This document shows positions 13,931 through 26,367 of a stretch of 64,000 bases of DNA, one piece after another. The notes under the pieces are model-generated. The model was not told the origin of the DNA and searched no databases. It was given only the letters and a program-made list of their open reading frames with translations. Both the position numbers and the translations under genes were made by a program. Where the stretch lies: NCBI RefSeq assembly GCF_001194135.2, contig NC_068986.1, forward strand, positions 22,925,833 to 22,989,832, written 5' to 3'. Origin of the DNA: Octopus bimaculoides (lineage: Eukaryota). The stretch's first letter is position 1. Each line of letters opens with the position of its first letter.

Positions 13931-15305
13931 ACAATTTAGTTCATACATTCTTAATTTATTGAATTAATCACCATTTAATTAATTTTCTATTTTAGGGTTC
14001 CAAAGGACACCGTGGATTTACTGGTCTTTCAGGTTTACCTGGCGCTAAGGTGAGTGTTTCGAAAACTAATCCACAAATAATAGCTTAACTTCTATATCAA
14101 GAAATATGAAGCGGTAACACACCTGTTATTGGGTAATTAGTTGCCATATTCTTTTAACTCTTGAACCGGTAAATCAGTTACGAGTCAGGTGTTGGCTTTG
14201 TATATTAAGTGATACGCTGCAGGATCGTGGAAAGTCTCCGAAGATTCGATTGCCAGTTGTAAATGTCTCATTTTATTTATGTGGTAAAAGCCACTTTCAA
14301 CGGCACGACAGTGCAGCCTCTCTCGTAACACGTTTATGGATTTCTGCTTTGTTAAAAGAATAAACATTCCTTCGTTTCCTTTTCTTTACTATTTTCCTTT
14401 TCCTGTTAAAATGAACGTGTTTATATCCGTATGCATGACTTCTTAAGAGTCTATACTACAAGTTCTCAAAGTGGGCGCTACCGCCATCCCCCGGCGGGCG
14501 TTGAGACGGTCCAGGTGGGCGCTGGTGCCTAAGGGGGTGGTGGGGTTGGGGGCAGTAGAGAAAAAGGCGTTGAGAGAAAGGCAATGAACTGGGGGACGCT
14601 ATGAATTTATCATAATATCAATATAGTATTGTATACAAATTATATAATATATTAAATATCAAATGATTCATAGTAGATATAAATTAGTAAAATATAAAAT
14701 ATTTATTCATACATAAAAATAGGGGTGGGACGCTGCGGGTATTATGTGGCCATGAGGGGGGCGGTGGCCCAAAAAGCTTGAGAACCTCTGGTCTATACCG
14801 ATGGTTCTCAACCGGGGGTCCATATGGCCCTTCGGTTAAGATTCATCTGCAATATATTGACCATACCTGTACAATACACAAAATATTTTAATAACTCTTT
14901 TTTATACAATTTCTAATAAAATTTAATTATGAAAAATATAATAGGACTTTTTAAGCATTGAATGGATTGAGGGTCCACACGAGTAAACTAGGAATCAAAG
15001 GGATCTATAGGTAAAAAAAATGTTTGAGAAACAATGGTCTAGACCAGTGGTTCCCAAACTGGGTGGTACTTACCCTGGGGACTTGAAGAAAAATGGGGGT
15101 AGCCAAAATAAAAGGGCGATGGATGTAAAAACAAAATAATGGGTTAATTAGGTTAAGTTTTATTTGTGAAATACAGTTGTTTTGAATTTGCTTAGTGGTC
15201 TACGTTTCTGGTGGTGAACGGAGATGGGGGCGCTAAGAATGTGACCCAAATGTCAAGGGAGCGACAGCCCGAAAAAGTTTGAGAACTACTGGTCTATACA
15301 AATGC

Positions 15306-15336
<31 letters not shown>

Positions 15337-16694
15337 ACTTTGTAAAACTACTCATGAAAATATAAGTATTTATTGTAACAGTGTTTCTTTTTGGTTTTTC
15401 CCCCTATAGGGAAATGATGGAGAGATCGGTACTCCAGGACCACCAGGACCTCCTGGACCCATGGTAAGTATTTGTTGTAAATTAAAAAAATATTTCCTGT
15501 AATTCTTAAATTTTTTTTTTTCATGTATATTTCTGAAGATCATGAGCAGTGCTGGTTAAGATCAAAGTTGTAAATGATGCTAAGAAATAGTTTTGTTAAC
15601 TTTTTTTGTAATAATAATGTATTGTATTGCTGTTTATTAACTACCATTAGAAACGTTAAATATATTGCGTTTAGTTATTGCCTCATAACTACTTCCTTTA
15701 CCTAGTTTTGAAAATTCAAACCAGGAAAGAATCTTTTATGTAATCACTTGATTTGCTAGAAATAGGATCTAACGGCTTAAAAAGGAACCCACTTCAAAAT
15801 GTAATCCTAATATACTGTAGCTGAAAAGAAGAAAAATGAGGTGTTCACAACTTGGAAACCTTTGATATTAGCAGAGGTCAATCAGTACTGACCTGAAACT
15901 GAACAACACTTATATATATTCTACACTGGTAGAAATGGATGTGGTAGTAAAGTACTGAGTTAAGGAGAAAAACAATGTTTAATTTTGTCAAACTTTCGTC
16001 TTGAGTTCAAATCAGGTTTCAAGGTCTCATCACTCGAGGTTTAATACAATGCCAGTAGCTTGCTAGTATCTATGAAAATTGACAATAGTCTTTTCTCCTT
16101 AGTCTTGAGACTAAGAGAAAAAAATTATCCAAAAGATACTCTAATGCTTAAGTGACAAATATTCTAGAGTCCTACTAATCTTTCAATGTGTCGAATCTAT
16201 GGCTTCAAGTTCGATTCTTGGAGAGTTTCACGTTACTTATGTCGTTAGTGTACACACAAAACAGACAAGACTAGTAAACAGAATAAAATATTTTACCCAG
16301 CAAAATATCACCTACTCATCCGGTCTCGAATTCTTTGTAAATCTAATATCTTGCAAAATTTAAACATTTACTCCTTATAAATAGAATGTTTTATAATTTG
16401 TAGGGACCTGATGGAACACGTGGACGCCCCGGAAAAGACGGTATTTCTGGACCACCAGGTGTTAACGGCCGCCCCGTAAGTATTATTGTTTATAACTTTT
16501 CAAAAGGCAGTATATGTAATTCATATGATATTCACAGTGGCATATATAGTGACGATAGTAAATTGTGCATGATAGCATAATAATCTCAATTTACTTTCAT
16601 TGTAAAAAAATATTCAAGAGTTTGTGATAGAAATATATGAGTGTGTGTGTGTTTGTGTGTATTTCTACTTTTGCATATAACAATGCGCGTATAA

Positions 16695-16770
<76 letters not shown>

Positions 16771-19700
16771 ATGCGAACATGTGTACCCATGTAAGTATGC
16801 TTATATCTATATATGCAAATACATACATACATATATATATATATAAACGTATAGATATATATATCAATGTATGCATATAACTATGTGAATATATACGCTT
16901 ATAAAGATATGTATACCGTGTACTACTTTATTGTCTGTGGGATATTTGTATGTGTGTGCATCATAATTGTGTATGCATGTGTAAGTATGCACGTCCATCA
17001 ATGTATGTTTAAAGGTTATATTAATAGCATTTTGACTTTGATCAAATATTTTAAGCCATCGATATTATTTATTGCAGGGACCCCGTGGACCACCTGGAGA
17101 AGAAGGACGCATGGTGAGTAATATAACAGTTTATACGTGTGGAAATTTGCTCACATATATAGATTTATTGTTAGTCATGGAGGCGCAATGGCCCAGTGAT
17201 TAGGGCAGCGGACTCGCAGTCATAGGATCACGGTTTCGATTCCCAGACCGGGCGTTGTGAGTGTTTATTGAGCGAAAACACCTAAAGCTCCACGAGGCTC
17301 CGACAGGGGATGGTGGCAAACCCTGCTGTACTCTTTCACCACAACTTTCTCTCACTCTTACTTCCTGTTTCTGTTGTGCCTGTAATTCAAAGGGTCAGCC
17401 TTGTCACACTGTGTCACGTTGAATATCCCTGAGAACTACGTTAAGGGTACACGTGTCTGTGAAGTGCTCAGCCACTTGCATGTTAATTTCACGAGCAGGC
17501 TGTTCCGTTGATTGGATCAACTGGAACCCTCGATGTCGTAAGCGACGGAGTGCCAACATTGTTAATCATGTAGACCTACATATATGCATTACTTAAATAC
17601 ACACACCCTGTATATATTTTACATAAAATAAAAGCTAGAAACGTATTCTGGACATTGATGAAACTTTCGGCCCTACGAATGAACGACAGATCTTTATGTG
17701 ATAGATCGACGAAGAAGAATTTGTAGCTAATTCTCCAAATCATATCATATCGTCTTGATGATGATGATGATGATGATAAAAATAATAATGTGGATTTCTT
17801 GTATTTACCGCTGCGGCATCAGACGAAGGGCACCTTACAAGGACAGGTTACAATTTGAATGTGTGGATTTACATCAAAGATAAGGAAAAGAAAGAGAGAG
17901 AAAGGAGAAATTAGATGAATATGAACAAATATCTATGATGCGGTTCTACTGATACAAGACAAACTCCGACCAGTGCCCATCAAGGAACCTCCCACAGACC
18001 TAGGGTCACTTTGATTACCAAGAGAGCAAGCCCTCACCAATCTACAGGCACATGCACAGATTAGGCCTGTTCATAATAATAATAATGATGATGATGATAA
18101 TAAATACACACAGTTAGAGAAATTAAGGCAAATAGACCAGATATAGTTGTCAAAAATCAATGCCAATACACACAGATAGAGAAATTAAGGCAAATAGACC
18201 AGATATAGTTGTCAAAGATCATGAAGAACAAAAATGCTTTCTAATTGATGTATCAATACCAGCAGATGACAACGTTTTCCTAAAAGAAATGGAAAAACTT
18301 TCAAAATACAAAGACCTGGAAATAGAGGTAACTCGAATGTAGAATCTAAAAACAGAAACAATTCCTATCATACTAGGTGCCCTAGGTATAATAAAAAAAT
18401 ATTCAGACAAATACATAACAAAAACACCAGGACTTACAAATATATATAACATACAGAAAATTGCACTACTGGGCACTGCATACATCCTACGCAAAACACT
18501 TTCAATACAGTAACCATAAGAGCATCACAGCAAACCACAGCACATACCCAAGGCACACAGAGCTGCGCTCGGTAGTGAAGTGAAAGCACGTTATAAAAAT
18601 AAAACTACTGAACAATAATAATAATAGAATTAGGGTGTTGAGTACTAGCGTTCAATTAAATATTGGATCATGTTTTCTACCATCACTGAATTTCTCAATT
18701 ATTTCTTTTCTAGGGTATTACTGGAGCCGCTGGACCAGCTGGACCTCCCGTAAGTTGAAAGTTTAGTTTTTATTTCTGCATTTATTAGTTTATAAATTTT
18801 ATATTTTCCCCATCATATAAAAAAAAAAAAAAATTGAACCCCCACTTCATATCTTTGTTGTCGGAACTTTGTGAATGTGCGAAGCAGCTAAGACTCTCTG
18901 GCTCAACGAAATTAACTATAAATTGTTGCTGTGACCATTGTTGTAAGCAACAAGAGAAGCACTATATAATTAGCAAAGGTATTTTTTTACTCGTGTGGGC
19001 CAACAGAAGGTACCGTTCCAATTTATTCTGTCTGGGAGGCATCTAAAAATATCAGTTATTTTATTTTAATGCCATTAGTATATCTGCGGTATATGAGATC
19101 TGAATATAATTTAAGCAGCAGAAGATCTGAATATGATATAACTGCAGTGGAATTGAAATGAAGAATAGATTTTGATCTACTGATCAGGAATTCGCAAATT
19201 ACCTAATAAGTCTTTGTTTCTTTTTTTTNNNNNNNNNNNNNNNNNNNNNNNNNNNNNNNNNNNNNNNNNNNNNNNNNNNNNNNNNNNNNNNNNNNNNNNN
19301 NNNNNNNNNNNNNNNNNNNNNNNNNNNNNNNNNNNNNNNNNNNNNNNNNNNNNNNNNNNNNNNNNNNNNNNNNNNNNNNNNNNNNNNNNNNNNNNNNNNN
19401 NNNNNNNNNNNNNNNNNNNNNNNNNNNNNNNNNNNNNNNNNNNNNNNNNNNNNNNNNNNNNNNNNNNNNNNNNNNNNNNNNNNNNNNNNNNNNNNNNNNN
19501 NNNNNNNNNNNNNNNNNNNNNNNNNNNNNNNNNNNNNNNNNNNNNNNNNNNNNNNNNNNNNNNNNNNNNNNNNNNNNNNNNNNNNNNNNNNNNNNNNNNN
19601 NNNNNNNNNNNNNNNNNNNNNNNNNNNNNNNNNNNNNNNNNNNNNNNNNNNNNNNNNNNNNNNNNNNNNNNNNNNNNNNNNNNNNNNNNNNNNNNNNNNN

Positions 19701-19977
19701 NNNNNNNNNNNNNNNNNNNNNNNNNNNNNNNNNNNNNNNNNNNNNNNNNNNNNNNNNNNNNNNNNNNNNNNNNNNNNNNNNNNNNNNNNNNNNNNNNNNN
19801 NNNNNNNNNNNNNNNNNNNNNNNNNNNNNNNNNNNNNNNNNNNNNNNNNNNNNNNNNNNNNNNNNNNNNNNNNNNNNNNNNNNNNNNNNNNNNNNNNNNN
19901 NNNNNNNNNNNNNNNNNNNNNNNNNNNNNNNNNNNNNNNNNNNNNNNNNNNNNNNNNNNNNNNNNNNNNNNNNNNNN

Positions 19978-20021
<44 letters not shown>

Positions 20022-23000
20022 TAGAAATAGGGTTATAATCCAAACTGTATCCTCTTTAATCAAATCTACTTATTCCATCACTCCAAAATTGCATGTAGAT
20101 GTTATATATGTGTAAGCTATGCGTAAGTGTTGAAAAATACTGGAAAAAGTTTTTTTTGCACATCAAAACAAGAAATCTGAAAAACAAAAATTGATATTAT
20201 TTATTCACCATTACACGTGTTTCATTTGCTAATAAGAGTTACAAAATTGTACATGTAGGAAAATCATGTGTAAGATATCTACATATTCCTTTTCTTTTGG
20301 ATTTTGATTCTTAAATTCAATTTCACTTCGTTATAGGGACCAAGCGGACCATCTGCTGCTTACTCAGCCAACCACATCAACAACTGGTTTACTAAGGGCC
20401 CTGATCCTTACATGGTAAGTTCTTCTTCTTCTTCTTCTTCTTCTTCTTCTTCTTCTTCTTCTTCTTCTTCTTCTTCTTCTTCTTCTTCTTCTTCTTCAAG
20501 TCCATTACCTAACTGCTCTTTATTGATAGTACTAGGACTGACGAGGCGAGTGAAAGTAAAAAAGACAAAGTGTAAAAGGCGACTTAGATGCTGAACACAA
20601 GCGACACTTTATTTTCAACAAGAGTAGTAAACCAATTTTTTGATAAACTAAACTTTCACACTGTAGAATGGAGGGAATTGTTTTAAATGCTAAAATACCT
20701 ACTGGTTATTTTCAGATATTGCAGAACAAGTGTAAATTTTAAACCTTTCTAAAGAATCACTGAAAGTTCATTCGTGCAGTGACATTAAAAATTAACTCTA
20801 ATATCTAAATAGAACCCAATAGTAGTCCTTAACATATCAATACATACCAACACATGGCAGTTTTTCATTAGATATGCATATATTATTATGTCAATGTACA
20901 ATATCTCATGTTACATTAAGATATTAAGAAATATGAATTGATTTTAATCCGCGTATTATAAAAAAGACACTTGGTCCTAGTTAGAGTAAGCTTCATTATA
21001 TGTATATATTATACCAGTAATATTTCAACATTTGTTATCTTCTCTTATCTTTTCTAGCAAGATCAAAACCAGGAACACGTGAGTATAAATAACTTATATT
21101 AATAAATACAGTTACACGAACTGCACATACGCATACACAAATTTTGGTATTCATGCGATAGGCAGAAAATTGTTTACCAATATTCCACAATTATATCCCT
21201 CAACTATATTACACAGATCTAGGTAAAATCTGGAACCTGGAATTGATTGTGATATGCTACATCGGCAAAAAAACTAATTCATAGAGAAATTCAGTGAAAT
21301 GATTTGCCGTGAAGATTGATATAATCTAACGTTTCGGACTCAGGTCATTCTTCAAGGAGAGAGAGACTATAAGGATGCAAAACTGCAAAATCGTCTTCGA
21401 TTATTAACCAACCATCAAACTGTGAACAAGCGATACTCCCCGACCCACAAGTTATTTGATTCTATAATGTTACTAAATCATCTTTAAAGAGTAAAATTTC
21501 TAAACCCACCTCAGATTGTTTACTTACGATAACAAACCTAAAGCAGAAAGAACGGTTTCTATCTATTTTAATACTTATACATACATGCATACATACATAC
21601 ATGCACACAAACATATATATNNNNNNNNNNNNNNNNNNNNNNNNNNNNNNNNNNNNNNNNNNNNNNNNNNNNNNNNNNNNNNNNNNNNNNNNNNNNNNNN
21701 NNNNNNNNNNNNNNNNNNNNNNNNNNNNNNNNNNNNNNNNNNNNNNNNNNNNNNNNNNNNNNNNNNNNNNNNNNNNNNNNNNNNNNNNNNNNNNNNNNNN
21801 NNNNNNNNNNNNNNNNNNNNNNNNNNNNNNNNNNNNNNNNNNNNNNNNNNTATGTTTGTGTGTCTGTGTATGTCCCCCACCATCGCTTGACAACCGATGT
21901 TGGCGAGTTTACGTCCCCGTAGCTTAGCGGCTCGGCAAAAGCAACCGATAGAATAAGTACTTGGCTTACAAAGAATAAAGTCCTGGGATCGATTTATTCA
22001 ACTAAAGGCGGTGCTCCAGCATGGCCGCGGTAAAATGACTGAAACAAATAAAGAATAAAAGAATATACGATATACATACAAATCTACATATATACACATT
22101 TATATCTACACGCGAACACATATAAACAAACATATATGCATATATTATATAATTAGCTATTTTAAACACACACACGCATATATATTATACTTATTATGTA
22201 TGCAATATATATAATGGTTTGTCCTACAGAGTCCTACCGTCATTGAAACTCTCAGCCAATTGAAGAAAACTTTCAAAGAGTTAAAGAATCCAACAGGCAC
22301 ACCAGAATCCCCAGCCAAGACTTGTAAAGATCTTGCCGAGCACTACCCAGATTATCAAGATGGTAAGTATACATCTTTTCACTAAATATTGAATTTGTTT
22401 TCCATACTTCAAGTAGAATATCTAAGAATGAAACGCTTTAGTTCGATCAAGGTCAGTCCTGAGAGAGTAAGCTCATGATCGAAGATGTTGCAACAGTAGC
22501 CATCTTTTTATTTAAAACAATCTATTGCTGACTAGATTATTTTAATATATCAATTCATTGCTAAAAACAACTTGCAGTCCACCTCTACAATAACAACAAC
22601 GACATTATTAATTTCTTCTGTTAACCAAATGGATATCAGGTGTGGGAGACATAAAAGGACGAGTTTATATTTGTGTGTCGGGAGCTGCAAGGAAGAAAAA
22701 GAAAGAGGAAAGGGAAACGAGATACAAAGTATACATAGCACAGAAAATTTGTGAACGCATGGATGATGTAGTTCTGATATATGAAATTTCCAGGCGTGGC
22801 TGTGTGGTAAGAAGCTTGCTTCGAAACCACATAATTTCAGGCTCAGTGTGTTTACGTTCCCAGTTAGTCAAGAGAGTATCGATTGAATAAGTACCAGGTT
22901 TAAAAAGAAAATAATTACTGGGTTCGATTAGTTCGACTAAAATTCATCAAGGCAGTGGTGCCCCAGCATGGCCGCAGTCTAATGACTGAAACAAGTAAAA

Positions 23001-24844
23001 GATAAAAGATAAGGCCAATCAAAGAACACAACAGATCCGATATCTTCCTGTCTATTAAGGGAACGATCCCTCGCCCCACTGTTTTTCATCATTCTACAAA
23101 CGCATACATCAGTCCATTCATTCTAACCAGCTTTGCTTCAGTTACCTATATTTTCGTCAGTTAACCACCCTTTGATAAATTTATTCAACAATATTTCTTC
23201 TCATTTTTTCCTTACAGATTTCTATTTCATCGATCCTAATGGTGGAACCGTAATTGATGCCGCCAGAGTTTATTGTAAAATAAGCACAAAAGAAACCTGC
23301 GTTGTTCCTTCACCTATAAAGGTAATGTTATCTCACTATTCTTCTTGTTTATATAGTATTTATAATAAGTGCACTATCTTCCATAGTAAAGTAATTTTAA
23401 TTTCTCTCTACAGAACATTCTACAGAACATTCGATGTTTAAAAAAGTTCTTCGTATATTTATAATTAAATATTGTTCGGAATTATGTAAAAATTAAGATA
23501 TTTTGTTTATTGCTGAAATATAGCCAATTCATTTCTCATAAATTTTAACAGCAAGATCTTATATAAACCCACTCAAAGTTGTTGGCCTTGTGTCTACATC
23601 CGTAACCATTGTTTAGTCTGTCGTCTTACTTTCTGATTGTGTCGGCCAAAGACGTCTTGACTTTTCATTCCAAGGGGCGATTACATTAGTAAAAAAGTAA
23701 TGTAATTAATTCTGCTGCATCAATTAAACCTCCCTTTGTATTACATTTATTTACCCTAATACTAAAGAAAAGAAAATTTTTTTAAATAAATAATGATGTC
23801 GACATTTATATTGAAAACATATAAAATGTTACTTTCCTTGTAATATTTTTTTCAGCACAAGAAACCAAGCGAGATCTATGCACCTGGTGAAGATTACTTG
23901 CAAGTAACTAAAAACGAAGGAGTAAGTATAGGTTTATAATTTATATGAATTTATTTTATTAAAAACTAGTAGTAATATCCGTCGTTGATTGGGTAACTAC
24001 TTTTTCTACTTCTCGGGCCGAGAAGCTAGAAAACTGGGTATATCGTATGGGAGAATAGCTTTACGGAATCCAGGTGATTGCGATGGCACTGAAACGGCTG
24101 TAAGTCAAGTGGAACATCCATTTGTCACTGTTCCTTTTGACGTTTGAATAGGCGGTATGCCAAAGGAGAATTGAAAGATTCAGTTTGAACGTGAATGAAG
24201 CTAGAAGAATAGCTATATCATATAGAAGACTAGCTTTACGGAATCCTGGTGACAGCGATGGCACTGAGAAGGCCACAGGTGAAGTGGAAGACGCATTTGT
24301 CATGGTTTCTTTTGATATTTGAATAGGCCGTATGCCCAAGGAGAATTGAAAGATTCAGTTTCGAATCTGAACGAGGGTGAGACTATGGTTATAGATTTAG
24401 GTTTACTTATCCTGTATGTGTGTATTATATAAGAGAAAGACGTAATAATTGAAGCAGAAAAAAGCTGGATTTCATATACGAATTTCTGTTTGTTCTTCAA
24501 GTTGCAATCTAGCAACTTTTAGTGTTTGATCCTGAGATTTATTAATGCTCATGGCAAAAGGAAGTGGGATAGGAAACTGTAACGGCTTAAATTGGAATGG
24601 GACATTTGATGGTGTAGCTGGTATGCGAGAAACGAAGACAGTATCACCTTTACCACAACCAGTGAGAATATTTGCCTCAAAAATAGTTTCTCATAGGTTT
24701 GTGCACAATTAGTGTCGCACCATTGCATAACTTTTGTTGCGATAAAATAAGCAAAAGCATAATAGGAAATATAGCCTCCCTTGAATCAGTTACTTTCATT
24801 TTGGTGGACAAACAACGAACAAACACGCAAACGGACAGAGATTC

Positions 24845-24881
<37 letters not shown>

Positions 24882-24913
24882 TTATTGAGATTGTTTGAGT
24901 ACACAAACGCACA

Positions 24914-24955
<42 letters not shown>

Positions 24956-25682
24956 CTCTCTCTCTCACACACACACACATACAGGCATATATATAAACAT
25001 GCACACACACGCGCACACACACACAAACACAAATATATATGTATATATGTGTACATAACTGGTCACAAATACATACTTTATATTTCCATCTCTCTTTCTC
25101 TTTCCCCACCACTCTCTCTCTATCATTACATGAATATATACATATACACATAAAAACATACATACAAATGCACATACAAACGTAAGTGGATACCAACATG
25201 CATACACCAAGAACTTATGACGTATACACGTACACGCATAAACAAATAAGAGATTGTACATTTGTTAATTTCTTCCTAATATTTTCATATATATATTTCT
25301 CCTTGTACATTTGTTAATTGCTTCCTAATATTTTCGTATATATCTCTCCTTCTACAGTTCAGCTACAAGGCTGATGGCCGTCAAATTAAGATGTTGCAAG
25401 TTTTACATCAAAAAGCTTCACAGAACGTTACTTTCCATTGCCGCAATACTTTTGCTCATAAAAACGCTCAGACTGGCAGTACAAGCAAAGGTCTCCAATT
25501 TGAAGATTATGATGAAAATACGCTAAAATCCACAGGCATCGCACGATACTCTGTTATAAGTGATGGATGTCAGGTAATTTTATATCGATTTTCTGCAATT
25601 TAATTCACATGTTTATGTACTATCTTTTAGTGTGAGGAACAGACAACCTCAGAATAACAAGCTTTTACAATATCCCAACCCC

Positions 25683-25726
<44 letters not shown>

Positions 25727-26305
25727 TATTGGTACGCCGTCAGTTACGATAGCGAGGGTTCCAGTTATTCCGATCAACGGAACAGTCTGCTCGTGAAATT
25801 AATGTACAAATGGATGAGCACTCTACAAACACGTGTACCTTTAACGTAGGTGTTTTGGGAGATTCAGCGCGACACAAGGCTGGCCCTTTGAACTGCAGGT
25901 ACTACTCATTTTTGCTGGCGGAGTGACTTGAACAACGTGAAACAAAGCGTCTTGCTCAAGGACACAACGCGTCGCCGGGAATTGAACTCACGACCTTGTA
26001 ATCGTAAACTAAATACCCTAACCATTAAGCCACGCTCCTACACACACATACGCACACACAAACACAGCATACAAATATCATATACACCAAGGGACATGCT
26101 CAACTGGTTAAGGTCAAACAACTGACAAGCAAATCTGTGGTATTAAGCAGAATATTTGCTGTAGTCTATTTTTTTATCCCAAGACAAAACAATGTACATG
26201 ATAACACTTCCAATCAATTAAGATCAGAAACCATGAGAGCCACTGCCTGGTACTGCATCCGGGTATTATTTATTGTTATTATTATTATTGTTGTTGTCGT
26301 TGTTG

Positions 26306-26367
<62 letters not shown>

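Noticed and set aside
17180-17255. tRNA-like sequences with A and B boxes (also at 49644, 53744 and other SINE heads)
   Set aside because: They continue into SINE bodies with TSDs; no complete cloverleaf. No tRNA gene called.
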